Below the pieces are notes generated by a model. It did not search any database, was not told where the DNA came from, and worked only from the letters and a program-made list of their open reading frames with translations. 64,000 bases of DNA from Bacteroidales bacterium (GTDB taxonomy: Bacteria; Bacteroidota; Bacteroidia; Bacteroidales; WRLA01). Below are positions 31,488-41,475 of this stretch, in pieces (the first letter of the stretch is position 1; each line of letters begins with the position of its first letter). Where the stretch lies: the NCBI GenBank assembly GCA_963676415.1, contig OY781097.1, forward strand, positions 3,972,965-4,036,964. Direction: 5' to 3'. Made by a program: the position numbers and the translations under genes.

Positions 31488-32604
31488 GTGTATTAATTAT
31501 TTAATAAGTTAACTAATTTTCAATGCATCACCAGTATAAGTCCATCGAAAGGGCTTAGCACGTGTCTCATTGTATGTTTTCACGTATTCAATAAGTTGAG
31601 AAGCCAATTGTTCTGATGACTTCCAAACACCTCCTTTTACAACATCCTTTGTTAATATATTGAACCATATCTCGACTTGATTCAACCAAGAAGAATACGT
31701 TGGGGTGAAGTGCAATGTGATTTTCCTTTTTCCTTTCAGCCACTCCTTAACGTCTTTATGTTTATGTACCGAAAGGTTGTCTGCAATTATGTGAAGCTTT
31801 TTGTTTCTGTATTTCCTATCAAGTGATTTTAAGAACTTTAAGAAGTTTTCTGCATTATTTGATTTAATTGTTTTGGCTGTTACTTCACCTGTATGCACTG
31901 CAAGTGCCGCAATTAACGAAACAGTTCCGTTGCGTTTGTAGGTGGCTGTTTGTCTTTTCGGATTTCCTGGCCGTAATGGCAACTCTGGCTGAGTTCTATC
32001 GAGTGCCTGTATTTGAGTTTTTTCGTCAACACAAATAACCAAAGCGTTTTCTGGTGGCGACATGTAAAGCCCAACAATGTTGGTCATTTTTTCTTCAAAC
32101 TCTGGGTCTTTTGACTTGCCGCACCAATACTCAATTTTATGTGGCTTTATGTCTGCTTGTTTAAGAATCTGAAATACTTTAGACTGGCTAATCCCTACTT
32201 CTTTGGCGATACGTTCTTGAGACCAGTTAGTGTATCCGTCATCTGGCTTTGTGCAGGCTTTCTCAATTACCATAGCCTGTTGTTCTGCAGTGATAACCTT
32301 TGGTTTTCCACTTCGGTAAGCATCCTTCAAACCTGTAATACCTTGCTCGCGAAATCGTTGTCTCCATTTATTTACTACAGGTCTACTAAGCCCTGTTTGC
32401 TCTACTATTTCACTCATCGATAAACCTTGATCGGATAATATAATTATCTCGGCACGCTCAACGTAACGTTTTTCAAGTTTGTGTGAACGGCTCATGGAAA
32501 GAAGCTCTGCCTTCTCTTCCGTTGTTATCTGAATGGGTTTTCCTATCCTTGCCATGTGGCAAAGATAATAAAATATTAGTTAATTAACTTTATAATTATA
32601 ACAC
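31488..32604 (-). mobile_element. IS630-family insertion sequence, copy 2 (1117 bp)
   Basis: TA duplication (31486-87 and 32605-06) in CTAG. Colinear with copy 1; differences seen at 31620 and 31758. Confidence 0.95.
31509..32555 (-). CDS. IS630-family transposase
   Basis: 348 aa, identical to copy 1 except a Q/H change in 'HKQKD/HKHKD'. Confidence 0.95.
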   Translation of the reverse strand: MARIGKPIQITTEEKAELLSMSRSHKLEKRYVERAEIIILSDQGLSMSEIVEQTGLSRPVVNKWRQRFREQGITGLKDAYRSGKPKVITAEQQAMVIEKACTKPDDGYTNWSQERIAKEVGISQSKVFQILKQADIKPHKIEYWCGKSKDPEFEEKMTNIVGLYMSPPENALVICVDEKTQIQALDRTQPELPLRPGNPKRQTATYKRNGTVSLIAALAVHTGEVTAKTIKSNNAENFLKFLKSLDRKYRNKKLHIIADNLSVHKHKDVKEWLKGKRKITLHFTPTYSSWLNQVEIWFNILTKDVVKGGVWKSSEQLASQLIEYVKTYNETRAKPFRWTYTGDALKIS

Positions 32605-33260
32605 TAGCTGATTTGTGAGCATAAACTTATATCCAGCGCCTAAAACCAGTCCATAGTCAAAGGATGTGGTATGGTTTTCAATGCCCTCATGATAGAAAAA
32701 CATATGGGATTTCCATGGACTGCTTTCACCTTCATACAGTATGGATAAATTTTCTGCCTCCGAAACATAACTCTTTAACCAAATGCCACCATAAAAGCCG
32801 GCTTCCAGAAACAATTTGCGGTTTTTCAGGAAATAACGCCTGTAAACCAAAGGAATGACCAGGTAGTCATTGTTTATTTTCCTCTGAAATTCAAGTTCAT
32901 TATAAGATCCAAAAGGTGTTGTCCAGCTGGAATCAAGATGTTGGTTATAGCCTTTTGCTTCCAGATAAAAGCCTAATACAACGCTTTGTTGTGCATTAAT
33001 ATGATATTCGGCATCAAGTCCTAGTATCGGTTCGGTTTGAGCATCATCAATATAACTGGTGCCAATATTCACTGAATGCACAATATACTGCTGGGGCTTA
33101 TAAAGATTCCGAAAAGCCGGATCGCGGTTCACAAAATTTGAAAAACTGATGCCCATCTGAAAACCTATGGAAAAGCCTGTACTGTCCTGTGCATAGGATG
33201 GAATAGTTAAGATGAATAAAATAAGAATACTGTAGAGTTTTTTCATTGGTTTTAACTTGA

Positions 33261-33743
33261 TTATTGCTTATTTGACTGATTAATGATTTCGGAAAAAAGT
33301 TTCCTTAAAAAAGGCTTAACCGCCTCAAAAATACCTTCTTCCGAACTTTCGCGCGGTCCGGCGATATTGAGCACACGGATTTTATTTCTTTCAATCCAGC
33401 CCAATACATCTTCAATACTGTTTTGCCTGTCCAAACACACTTTGAGGCAGGCTTTATTATGCTCTTCACAAAAAACAGCTGTAAGCGCCGTTCCTTTATC
33501 CATTTGTTTCTTATAGCAAATCAAACTTGCGTCGCTTTCCAATACATTTTTTAAAGTCCGGTCGGTATATTCGTCCGATTTCAACTCTGTTAGCGGATAA
33601 TGCTCCGGAATCCTTCCATCCTCTGCCCTGCGGCCTTTGGGACAAAAACCTCCTGTTTCAATGCCCAGTTCCATTGCAGCATCCAGTGCGGCACGGTCTG
33701 CCCCTCTTTGTCCTCCGCTGATGATTTTAATTTTTTTGCTCAC
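33261..33743 (-). CDS. Putative molybdenum carrier protein (SLOG superfamily)
   Basis: 'IISGGQRGADRAALDAA..GGFCPKGRRAEDG..RTLKNV..LNIAGPRES'. Confidence 0.85.
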   Translation of the reverse strand: MSKKIKIISGGQRGADRAALDAAMELGIETGGFCPKGRRAEDGRIPEHYPLTELKSDEYTDRTLKNVLESDASLICYKKQMDKGTALTAVFCEEHNKACLKVCLDRQNSIEDVLGWIERNKIRVLNIAGPRESSEEGIFEAVKPFLRKLFSEIINQSNKQ

Positions 33744-34119
33744 GAATCTAACAGTTCCAGTAATAATTCCGCAAGGTATGATATTTTTAGAAATATTCAG
33801 TTATTTAAGCAAGCTGATTTTAATAATAAGATTTAATTTAAATACTCACCGAATGATTTTTGGTAATCCCTTAAACAAAAAAAGCCCTCCAAAATGGAAG
33901 GCTTTGCTTATTCTATATATCAAGAGACTACAATTTAGTATTTGTCCAAAAAGTCTGATTTCTGGACGGAAACTATTTCGATTCTGTCCATAGAGTCGGG
34001 AGTTTGCTCTATAAAGTTCAAATTCAAGGCGTGTGAAAAATCCAAACCGGATAATACTTGGGTATTTGAGGATTTGGATTTTGAGCAACAACGAAGAAGT
34101 TGAGCTTTATAGACGAACT

Positions 34120-35898
34120 CTATTTTGATTTTATATAATTCACCAGCCCCTTCTGATTAAAAATATTCATCAGTTGCTCGGGCAGTGGATTAAAGCGGAA
34201 TTCCTTATCAGCGATGCGTACAATACCTTTATCGAGTTGTACATCCACTTCTGCTCCTGCTACATAAGCATCAACAGCTTCCGGAAGTACCAGGATAGGG
34301 AGTCCCTGGTTTACAGACGAACGATAGAAAATACGGTTTACCGATTTTACAATAACGGCTTTCACTCCGGCATGGGCCAAACCAACAGCCGGATGCTCGC
34401 GCGAGCTGCCACAACCAAAGTTTGCTCCGGCCACCAAAACATCGCCTTCGCCTACCCTGTCTTTAAAACTGGCATCAAAGCCTTCGAAAAGATGGGGCAT
34501 GATTTTTTCCGGTTCAGAGCTTTTTACCGCATAAGTGAGGTTTCCGGCAAACATCAGATCGGTATTGATATTGTCGGCATCGGCATAATTCCAAACACCT
34601 TTGATATAGCGGTCGTCTCCTTCGGCAATATCAACGGTATCGCCTTTTTCCACTTTGTAGGGATATTTCTCTTTTGCAGGCTCATGGCGCGGATCGGTAA
34701 TCTCGCCTTTTACAGCCGACCATGCCACCGCAGCAGGACTGGCCAGATATACGAAACTCTCTTTATTGCCCATGCGGCCTTTGAAATTCCGGTTGGCCGT
34801 GCTGATCACATTAAATCCGTCGGCGGGAATCCCCTGCCCTGTTCCCAGGCATGGTCCGCAACTGGCGGCCAGTACATTGGCTCCGGCTTCCATAAATACT
34901 TCGATCAGCCCTTCGCGCAATGCCTGCAGGTAAATCTTTTGTGAAGCAGGTACAATCAACATTTGCACATCGGGATGTACTTTATGGTCGCGCAATACCA
35001 AAGCGGCTTCCATCAAATCTTCAAAACGGCCATTGGTACAGGTTCCAATGAGAGCCTGATGGATTTTTGTGCCTTTTACTTCGGCCAGTGCTTTTACATT
35101 ATCTACCTGATGTGGCACGGCAACCAGCGGATACAGCTCGTTTAGGTTGATTTCGATTTCGCGGGCGTAAACCGCATCTTCATCGGCCCAAACACCTTTG
35201 ATTTCTTCGCCTTCGAAAAATTCTGCCAGCACTTCATCTGCCGGGAAAGCGGCATTTTTGGCGCCCATTTCCGATGCCAGGTTGGCAAGTGTCATGCGTT
35301 GCGGTACGGTCAGGCTTTTTACGCCTTCGCCGTGATATTCAATGCTCATATAATCGGCTCCGCTCGATCCGATCATGCCAATAATCCACAGGCTGATGTC
35401 CTTGGCATAAACGCCTTGTGGCAGTTCGCCATGCAAAGTGATTTTGATGGTTTCGGGCACGCGGAACCATGTTTCGCCCTGTTTCCAGAGTCCGGCGGCT
35501 TCCGTGCGGTCGATACCGGCAGCAAAGGCATTGAACGCTCCGGCAGTACAGGTATGGCTGTCGCTGCCTACAATCACCATCTCCGGACGGGCATATTCCG
35601 ACATGATCTGGTGGCAGATCCCTTTGCCGGCATCATGGAATTTGGTGATGCCGTATTCTTTCACCAGCTCCCTGATTTTTTGATAATCATTGGCCAGTTT
35701 GGCATTGGTTGGTGGTGCGTTATGATCCAGAACAATCAATAACTGATTGGGATCGAAAGGCTTTTCGCCATTCATTTTCTGAAATGTTCCGGCAATACTG
35801 GCGGTATTATCGTGTGTTAGAACGATATCCGGCTTTCTAAAAACGATGGAACCCGCATCGGCTCCAAAAATCTTCTCAGCAAAAGTTTTTCCAGGCAT
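34120..35898 (-). CDS. Aconitase-family dehydratase (3-isopropylmalate dehydratase/homoaconitase type), large and small subunits fused
   Basis: 'DSHT', 'IGTCTNGR', 'SCGPCLG', 'STANRNFKGRMG', followed in-frame by swivel-domain 'DNINTD' and 'NFGCGSSREH'. Start placed at MPGKTFAEK. Confidence 0.85.
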   Translation of the reverse strand: MPGKTFAEKIFGADAGSIVFRKPDIVLTHDNTASIAGTFQKMNGEKPFDPNQLLIVLDHNAPPTNAKLANDYQKIRELVKEYGITKFHDAGKGICHQIMSEYARPEMVIVGSDSHTCTAGAFNAFAAGIDRTEAAGLWKQGETWFRVPETIKITLHGELPQGVYAKDISLWIIGMIGSSGADYMSIEYHGEGVKSLTVPQRMTLANLASEMGAKNAAFPADEVLAEFFEGEEIKGVWADEDAVYAREIEINLNELYPLVAVPHQVDNVKALAEVKGTKIHQALIGTCTNGRFEDLMEAALVLRDHKVHPDVQMLIVPASQKIYLQALREGLIEVFMEAGANVLAASCGPCLGTGQGIPADGFNVISTANRNFKGRMGNKESFVYLASPAAVAWSAVKGEITDPRHEPAKEKYPYKVEKGDTVDIAEGDDRYIKGVWNYADADNINTDLMFAGNLTYAVKSSEPEKIMPHLFEGFDASFKDRVGEGDVLVAGANFGCGSSREHPAVGLAHAGVKAVIVKSVNRIFYRSSVNQGLPILVLPEAVDAYVAGAEVDVQLDKGIVRIADKEFRFNPLPEQLMNIFNQKGLVNYIKSK

Positions 35899-36316
35899 GT
35901 ATTTAAATTTTGGTTTGTATTCCAATTTCAAAAATAGAAAGAATTGGATTGATCTGTTCAAAAAGCTGTACCGGAAAATAATTTAGGATGGTTTTAATTT
36001 AAAAACAATACAATTATTGCTTTTCCAACTTAGAACAAAACGCAATGACCTTTCAACTATCGTAAAATGAAGAAAACCTTCAAACTTTACATTAATATTT
36101 TGCAATACTATGTATTAGTTTTAGGCTATGTATTTTTACCATAAAAAATTTATAATCAGAGAAATACAAATAATATTTTGAATTTTGAAAAATTGTATTA
36201 CCTTTGTTTCCTTCAAAAGTGAATGAGATTCGGGGGATTCTTTGTTTAGGAATAAACCATTTACTTTCAAAAAAGTTCTTACAATATTAAGTTCATTAAT
36301 CAAAATCACCAACATC

Positions 36317-37933
36317 ATGAACGAGTTCAAAAACAAAGAGTATGATGTGATTATCATTGGTGGCGGGGCTACAGGAGCCGGAACGGCACGCGATTGTGCC
36401 ATGCGCGGACTGAGCGTTTTGCTGGTTGAGCGCCATGATTTTGCTACCGGGGCAACCGGGCGAAACCACGGCCTTTTGCATTCTGGTGCACGCTATGCAG
36501 TTACCGACCACGAATCGGCTACGGAATGCATTCAGGAAAACATGATCCTGCGCCGTATTGCCAGCCATTGCGTGGAAGAAAACGATGGTTTGTTTATCAC
36601 CTTGCCCGATGACGATCTCTCATATCAATCTCAGTTTGTTGATGCCTGCAGCAAAGCCGGCATTCCAACTGAAGTAATTGATCCCCAACTGGCCCGCAAA
36701 ATGGAGCCTTCCGTAAATCCCGACCTCATTGGCGCAGTAAAAGTGCCCGATGGCTCGGTCGATCCTTTCCGCCTTACCATGTCCAATGCCCTGGATGCAA
36801 AAATCCACGGTGCCGATTTGCTGACACAGCACGAAATCACGGGTTTTATCCGCTCGCAGGAAAAAATTACCGGAGTTGAGCTGTTTAACCATGCCCGTAA
36901 GGAAAGTGTTCAGTTTCATGGAAAAATCATTGTTAATGCCGGGGGAATCTGGGGGCAGCATATTGCGGAGCTGGCAGGTGTGCGCATCAATATGCTTCCT
37001 GCTAAAGGATCTTTATTGATTTTCGGACATCGTGTTAACAATATGATTTTGAACCGCTGCCGTAAACCCGCCAATGCGGATATCCTGGTTCCCGGCGATA
37101 CCATTTGCCTCATAGGAACCACTTCCGACCGCATTCCTTACGATCAGATCGATAATATGTTTGTCTCCAAAGACGAGGTAGATGTGCTCATCCGCGAAGG
37201 AGAAAAGCTCTCTCCTACTTTGGCTTCTACACGGATTTTGCGCGCTTATGCGGGTGTGCGCCCTTTGGTTGCTGCCGATGATGATCCGAGCGGACGCAAT
37301 ATCAGCCGGGGCATTGTGCTGCTCGACCATCAGGAGCGCGATGGACTGTCCGGTTTCATTACCATCACCGGAGGCAAGCTGATGACTTATCGTTTGATGG
37401 CAGAATGGACTACCGATTTGATCTGTAAAAAACTATCTGTCGAAAAATCATGCGAAACAGCAGAAAAACCGCTGCCGGGTTCGGAGAAAGATGATTTTAA
37501 TATCAAGAATGCCTCACAAAAAATTTATTCGGGCATTGCACAGAAATCGGCAGTGCACCGCCATGGTTCGCTGGCGCCGGATATTAAAAACGGCAATGGC
37601 GATGAATCCCTGGTTTGCGAATGCGAAGGCGTTTCCATTGGCGAAGTAAAATACGCCATTAAGGAGCTGCATGTCAATAATCTGGTGGATCTGCGCCGCC
37701 GCACACGTGTGGGCATGGGCACCTGCCAGGGCGAGCTTTGCGCCTGCCGTGCCGCAGGAATGCTCTGCGAAGCTTTTGAAGAAACCGGAAAAGCCAAAGA
37801 CGATCTGGCCGATTTCCTGCAGGAACGCTGGAAAGGCATGTATCCCGTGGCATGGGGCGAAACCATCAACGAGATTCAGTTTACCTCCTGGATTTATGAG
37901 GGAATCTATGGTTTGAAGGAAAAACAGAACTAA
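36317..37933 (+). CDS. glpA: Anaerobic glycerol-3-phosphate dehydrogenase subunit A
   Basis: 'IIGGGATG', 'GATGRNHGLLHSGARY', C-terminal BFD-like 'RVGMGTCQGELC'. Start placed at MNEFKNK. Confidence 0.95.
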   Translation: MNEFKNKEYDVIIIGGGATGAGTARDCAMRGLSVLLVERHDFATGATGRNHGLLHSGARYAVTDHESATECIQENMILRRIASHCVEENDGLFITLPDDDLSYQSQFVDACSKAGIPTEVIDPQLARKMEPSVNPDLIGAVKVPDGSVDPFRLTMSNALDAKIHGADLLTQHEITGFIRSQEKITGVELFNHARKESVQFHGKIIVNAGGIWGQHIAELAGVRINMLPAKGSLLIFGHRVNNMILNRCRKPANADILVPGDTICLIGTTSDRIPYDQIDNMFVSKDEVDVLIREGEKLSPTLASTRILRAYAGVRPLVAADDDPSGRNISRGIVLLDHQERDGLSGFITITGGKLMTYRLMAEWTTDLICKKLSVEKSCETAEKPLPGSEKDDFNIKNASQKIYSGIAQKSAVHRHGSLAPDIKNGNGDESLVCECEGVSIGEVKYAIKELHVNNLVDLRRRTRVGMGTCQGELCACRAAGMLCEAFEETGKAKDDLADFLQERWKGMYPVAWGETINEIQFTSWIYEGIYGLKEKQN

Positions 37934-38010
37934 TGCATTTAACCTTTATACGTTTGTTCGGAATATTCCATATGGAGGCATGATGTACAAACGAAAAAAT
38001 AAGACAAATC

Positions 38011-39261
38011 ATGAAATTTGATAATATAATAATAGGCGGCGGATTGACAGGACTCAGCTGCGGGATCCGTCTCGCTGAAGCAGGCCGTAAATGCGCCATC
38101 ATTTCATCGGGTCAGAGTGCAATTCATTTTTTCTCAGGCTCTTTGGATCTCTTATCTGCCATAGGCGATGATGTTGTAAGCCAGCCATTGGAGGCAATGA
38201 AATTATTGCCCGGGCATCATCCTTATCAACGTTTGGGCATAGAAAACTGCACGCGACTGGCCGAAGAATCACAGGCTCTGCTGGAACGCGCCAAGCTGAA
38301 ATTCCGGGGCTCTGCACAGCAAAATCATTATGTGATGACACCCATGGGCGGAATGAAGCCCACCTGGCTTACGCTGGATGATTTTACAACATTCGATAAT
38401 GGTGAAGATTTTCAATGGAAGAAAGCAAAAATCATGAATTTTAAAGGCTTTCTGGATTTTCATACATTATTTGTAAAAGATGGACTGGCAAAAATGGGCG
38501 TATCTGCTGATATTCACGATATCGCTATGAAAGAATTTGAAGCCATCCGCCGCAATCCCAGCGAAATGCGCTCATCCAATATCGCCAAAGTTTTTGATCA
38601 GGGCGATGCGCTGAACGAATTTGCCGCAAAAGTCAATGAGCTGAGCCATGATACCGAAGTAGTGATTTTACCGGCTGTTTTTGGCCTGTTTGAAAATGAT
38701 GTGGCCAGGCAGCTGAAAAGTATGATCGAAAAACCATTGCTGCTGCTTCCGGCCATCCCTCCTTCCGTTCCCGGCATACGCAGCCAGATCCTGCTCCGCA
38801 AGCGCTTTGAAGAACTGGGCGGTTTGTATTTTCTGGGCGATCATGTGAATGATGGCATCATTGAAGGAAATCAGCTCAAAGAAATCCATACGACCAATCA
38901 CGGCGACATCAAAATGGAAGCAGACCAATATATCCTGGCCACCGGAAGCTTCTACAGCAAAGGTCTGGTAGCCACACCGGAGAAGATCTATGAACCCATT
39001 TTCGGTTTGGATATTGATGCTTCGGACAAACGTGAGGACTGGTTTGACGAAAAAGTGTTCAACAATCAGCCATTCATGCAATATGGCGTAAAAGCGGATA
39101 AAAATTTCCGCGCTACGATCAATGGAAAAACCATTGATAACCTGTTTGTTGCCGGTTCAGTGCTGGGGGGCGCCAATGCCCTGAAAGAAGGCAGCGGAGC
39201 CGGAATAAGCTTACTAACATCACTTTATGTAGCTGAAAAACTCTTAAAATCAGTGCAATGA
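38011..39261 (+). CDS. glpB: Anaerobic glycerol-3-phosphate dehydrogenase subunit B
   Basis: 'IIGGGLTGL', 'SAIHFFSGSLDLL', 'PPSVPGIR', operon context. Confidence 0.93.
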   Translation: MKFDNIIIGGGLTGLSCGIRLAEAGRKCAIISSGQSAIHFFSGSLDLLSAIGDDVVSQPLEAMKLLPGHHPYQRLGIENCTRLAEESQALLERAKLKFRGSAQQNHYVMTPMGGMKPTWLTLDDFTTFDNGEDFQWKKAKIMNFKGFLDFHTLFVKDGLAKMGVSADIHDIAMKEFEAIRRNPSEMRSSNIAKVFDQGDALNEFAAKVNELSHDTEVVILPAVFGLFENDVARQLKSMIEKPLLLLPAIPPSVPGIRSQILLRKRFEELGGLYFLGDHVNDGIIEGNQLKEIHTTNHGDIKMEADQYILATGSFYSKGLVATPEKIYEPIFGLDIDASDKREDWFDEKVFNNQPFMQYGVKADKNFRATINGKTIDNLFVAGSVLGGANALKEGSGAGISLLTSLYVAEKLLKSVQ

Positions 39262-40514
39262 ACAAGGATAAATTTAACCCTTTAAATATAAGCGACAACA
39301 ATTTCGAGCAATGTGTAAAATGTACCATCTGCACGGTTTATTGCCCTGTCGTTGCGGTAAATCCCGATTATCCGGGGCCGAAGCAATCCGGTCCCGATGG
39401 CGAACGCATGCGCCTGAAAGATCCCTCCTATTTCGATGAAAACCTGAAACTTTGCCTCAACTGCAAACGCTGCGAAGTTGTTTGTCCTCATGGCGTGAAA
39501 ATAGGCGACATTATACAGGCTGCGCGCATCAAATACAGCAAGAAAAAGCCAAAATTGCGCGATATGATCCTGGCAAATACGGATATCGTGGGCACAATGG
39601 CCAGCACTTTTGCGCCTATTGTAAACACGACAGTAGCTTTGAAACCGGTACGTTCCATTATGGATGGTGTACTTAAGATCGATCATCACCGGGTATTTCC
39701 AAAATATTCCGGCCTGCGTTTCGAAACATGGTTTAAACGCCATGCCGCTAAAAAGCAGGATGCCTTTAAAAAGCATGTAAGCTATTTCCACGGTTGCTAT
39801 GTAAATTATAATTTCCCGCAACTCGGCAAAGACCTTGTAAAAATTATGAATGCAGCCGGATATGGTGTCCATTTGCTCGAAAAGGAAAAATGCTGTGGCG
39901 TTGCCCTCATTTCCAATGGTTTGATCAAGCAAGCCTCCAGACAGGCGAAACATAATGTGGCTTCTTTAAAGAAATCCATTGTGGATAAAAATATGCCGGT
40001 GATTTCCACTTCATCTACCTGTACCTTTACTATCCGTGATGAATATCCGCACCTGTTGGGTGTTGAAAATGATGAAATCCGCACCGACACCGAACTGGCT
40101 ACACGTTTCCTGTTCCGCCTGATCGATTCCGGCAAACTGAAGCTGGCATTTAAAAAGGATTATACCAAACGCATTGCATACCATACGCCCTGCCATATGG
40201 AAAAGCTGGGCTGGTCGGTATATTCTACTTCCCTGCTGCGCATGATTCCGGGTGTTGATTTTGTGATGCTCGAATCGACTTGCTGTGGTATTGCCGGAAC
40301 CTATGGTTTTAAAAAGGAAAACTACGAAACAGCACAAGGTGTTGGACAGCCGCTTTTTAATGCCATTGAAAGCTCCGGTGCCGACTTTGTGGCCACCGAT
40401 TGCGAAACCTGCAAATGGCAGATCGAGATGTCCACTTCAGCGAAAGTGCACAACCCGATTTCTGTTTTGGCAGATGCTTTGGATGTAGAAGCAACGATAA
40501 AGTTGAACTCGTAG
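39258..40514 (+). CDS. glpC: Anaerobic glycerol-3-phosphate dehydrogenase subunit C
   Basis: Two CxxCxxCxxxCP ferredoxin motifs, CCG domains, 'CCGIAGTYGFK'. Confidence 0.95.
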   Translation: MNKDKFNPLNISDNNFEQCVKCTICTVYCPVVAVNPDYPGPKQSGPDGERMRLKDPSYFDENLKLCLNCKRCEVVCPHGVKIGDIIQAARIKYSKKKPKLRDMILANTDIVGTMASTFAPIVNTTVALKPVRSIMDGVLKIDHHRVFPKYSGLRFETWFKRHAAKKQDAFKKHVSYFHGCYVNYNFPQLGKDLVKIMNAAGYGVHLLEKEKCCGVALISNGLIKQASRQAKHNVASLKKSIVDKNMPVISTSSTCTFTIRDEYPHLLGVENDEIRTDTELATRFLFRLIDSGKLKLAFKKDYTKRIAYHTPCHMEKLGWSVYSTSLLRMIPGVDFVMLESTCCGIAGTYGFKKENYETAQGVGQPLFNAIESSGADFVATDCETCKWQIEMSTSAKVHNPISVLADALDVEATIKLNS

Positions 40515-40523
40515 AGAGCGGCA

Positions 40524-40589
40524 GTTCGGGAAGACGCTCCATACGACAATTTCCAATGATTGTGTAATGGAGCGTCCTTTCGACGAGCG
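40524..40589. repeat. 66-bp hairpin direct repeat, copy 1 (copy 2 at 41410..41475)
   Basis: gttcgggaagacgctccatac...tggagcg.cctttc.acgagcg in both copies; internal stem gacgctcca/tggagcgtc. Confidence 0.85.
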
Positions 40590-40628
40590 CAACGGTTGGG
40601 GAATCCGCCAGGCTTAAGCACCCTTTTA

Positions 40629-41024
40629 TTAGTTTGTAGAAAGTACTAATTCCTTTAACTGTTTATTTAATTCCGCAACTTCAGGCACTATTGACAATAC
40701 AGTTTTTTCATCAAATTCAATGAAGTCGGAATAATCCGATTCCTGTCGCCAATCAAATAGATGAGCATATAATCTGCCAGATTTACGCGACAGCTTACCG
40801 GTTTTCACAAAGTGAAAAAATAATTGTGTTTTTATACCATTGTGTGTATCAGCTTTTATAGCCGACTTAAATAGTAAAGCATTAGCCAGGTGAAAGCTTG
40901 AGTAATACAATCGGTTCACTGCAGAATTCCATCTTTTGTTTTCCAACAACAAAAGGGCGTCCTCAAATACTTCATTCGATTTTGAAATTCTGTACTTGAT
41001 ATAATCCTCTTTATTCCCCTTCAT
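40629..41024 (-). CDS. HEPN domain protein (MNT-HEPN toxin-antitoxin module)
   Basis: 'SAVNRLYYSSFH..THNG..LFDWRQESDY' with an RxxxxY-type HEPN motif; overlaps the MNT gene by 4 bp. Confidence 0.88.
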   Translation of the reverse strand: MKGNKEDYIKYRISKSNEVFEDALLLLENKRWNSAVNRLYYSSFHLANALLFKSAIKADTHNGIKTQLFFHFVKTGKLSRKSGRLYAHLFDWRQESDYSDFIEFDEKTVLSIVPEVAELNKQLKELVLSTN

Positions 41025-41344
41025 ACTAAAAGCACCCCTTCATTTTTAATATTTTCATAAAGAGGTGTAATACTGTATTTATCCTCCCATTCTTTTTCAG
41101 AATAAACAAATGTTGAAATACCTTCGCCGGTTTCCAATTGCAGGTCAAAAAGCAAATCCCTGAATTCCATTTCAGTAGTGCGACCAACTTTTGCCTGTGG
41201 CAATAATATAAGTATATCCCAATCAGATTCAGGATGCATGTCTCCGCGCGCTCTTGAGCCAAAAAGCACAATTTTTGCAGCAGGTTCTTTCCGGATTATC
41301 TGCTGCCGGATTAATTCAGTAAATTGTTGATCTCTAATGGTCAT
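41021..41344 (-). CDS. Minimal nucleotidyltransferase (MNT) antitoxin-like protein
   Basis: 'LFGSRARGDMHPESDWDILI' GSxxxG..DxD motif. Confidence 0.9.
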   Translation of the reverse strand: MTIRDQQFTELIRQQIIRKEPAAKIVLFGSRARGDMHPESDWDILILLPQAKVGRTTEMEFRDLLFDLQLETGEGISTFVYSEKEWEDKYSITPLYENIKNEGVLLV

Positions 41345-41409
41345 AATAAACAAAAATACGAAATTTTATGAAACAATCCCGTTTAGGTTTGAGTCCCCTC
41401 ACACTTCGT

Positions 41410-41475
41410 GTTCGGGAAGACGCTCCATACTGCAATTCCCTACAATTGGTGATTGGAGCGCCCTTTCAACGAGCG
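41410..41475. repeat. 66-bp hairpin direct repeat, copy 2, within a cluster of REP-like palindromes
   Basis: Matches 40524..40589; followed by gagcgtagcgagg and cttcgcgtcttagcgccttagcgaga REP-like motifs. Confidence 0.85.

Larger units (their letters stand above)
31300..33246 (-). pseudogene. Outer-membrane beta-barrel paralog split by IS630
   Basis: 216-aa N-terminal part at 32596..33246. After removing the IS the frame continues GINARLRYSYGLVKIDALNKNTW..KNYYGISSDARNTSLSITIGISYKI to a stop at 31300, matching the C-terminus of 30455..31285. Confidence 0.9.

Noticed and set aside
29602-33300. Genomic island integrated at tRNA-Arg
   Set aside because: No integrase, and I found no duplicated tRNA 3' end in the window.
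36242-36316. Longer N-termini from the ORF track for glpA, the dehydratase (35961), the OMP (58888) and the lipoprotein (60834)
   Set aside because: The family-typical N-terminus or signal peptide starts at a later ATG; the extensions fall in AT-rich promoter regions.
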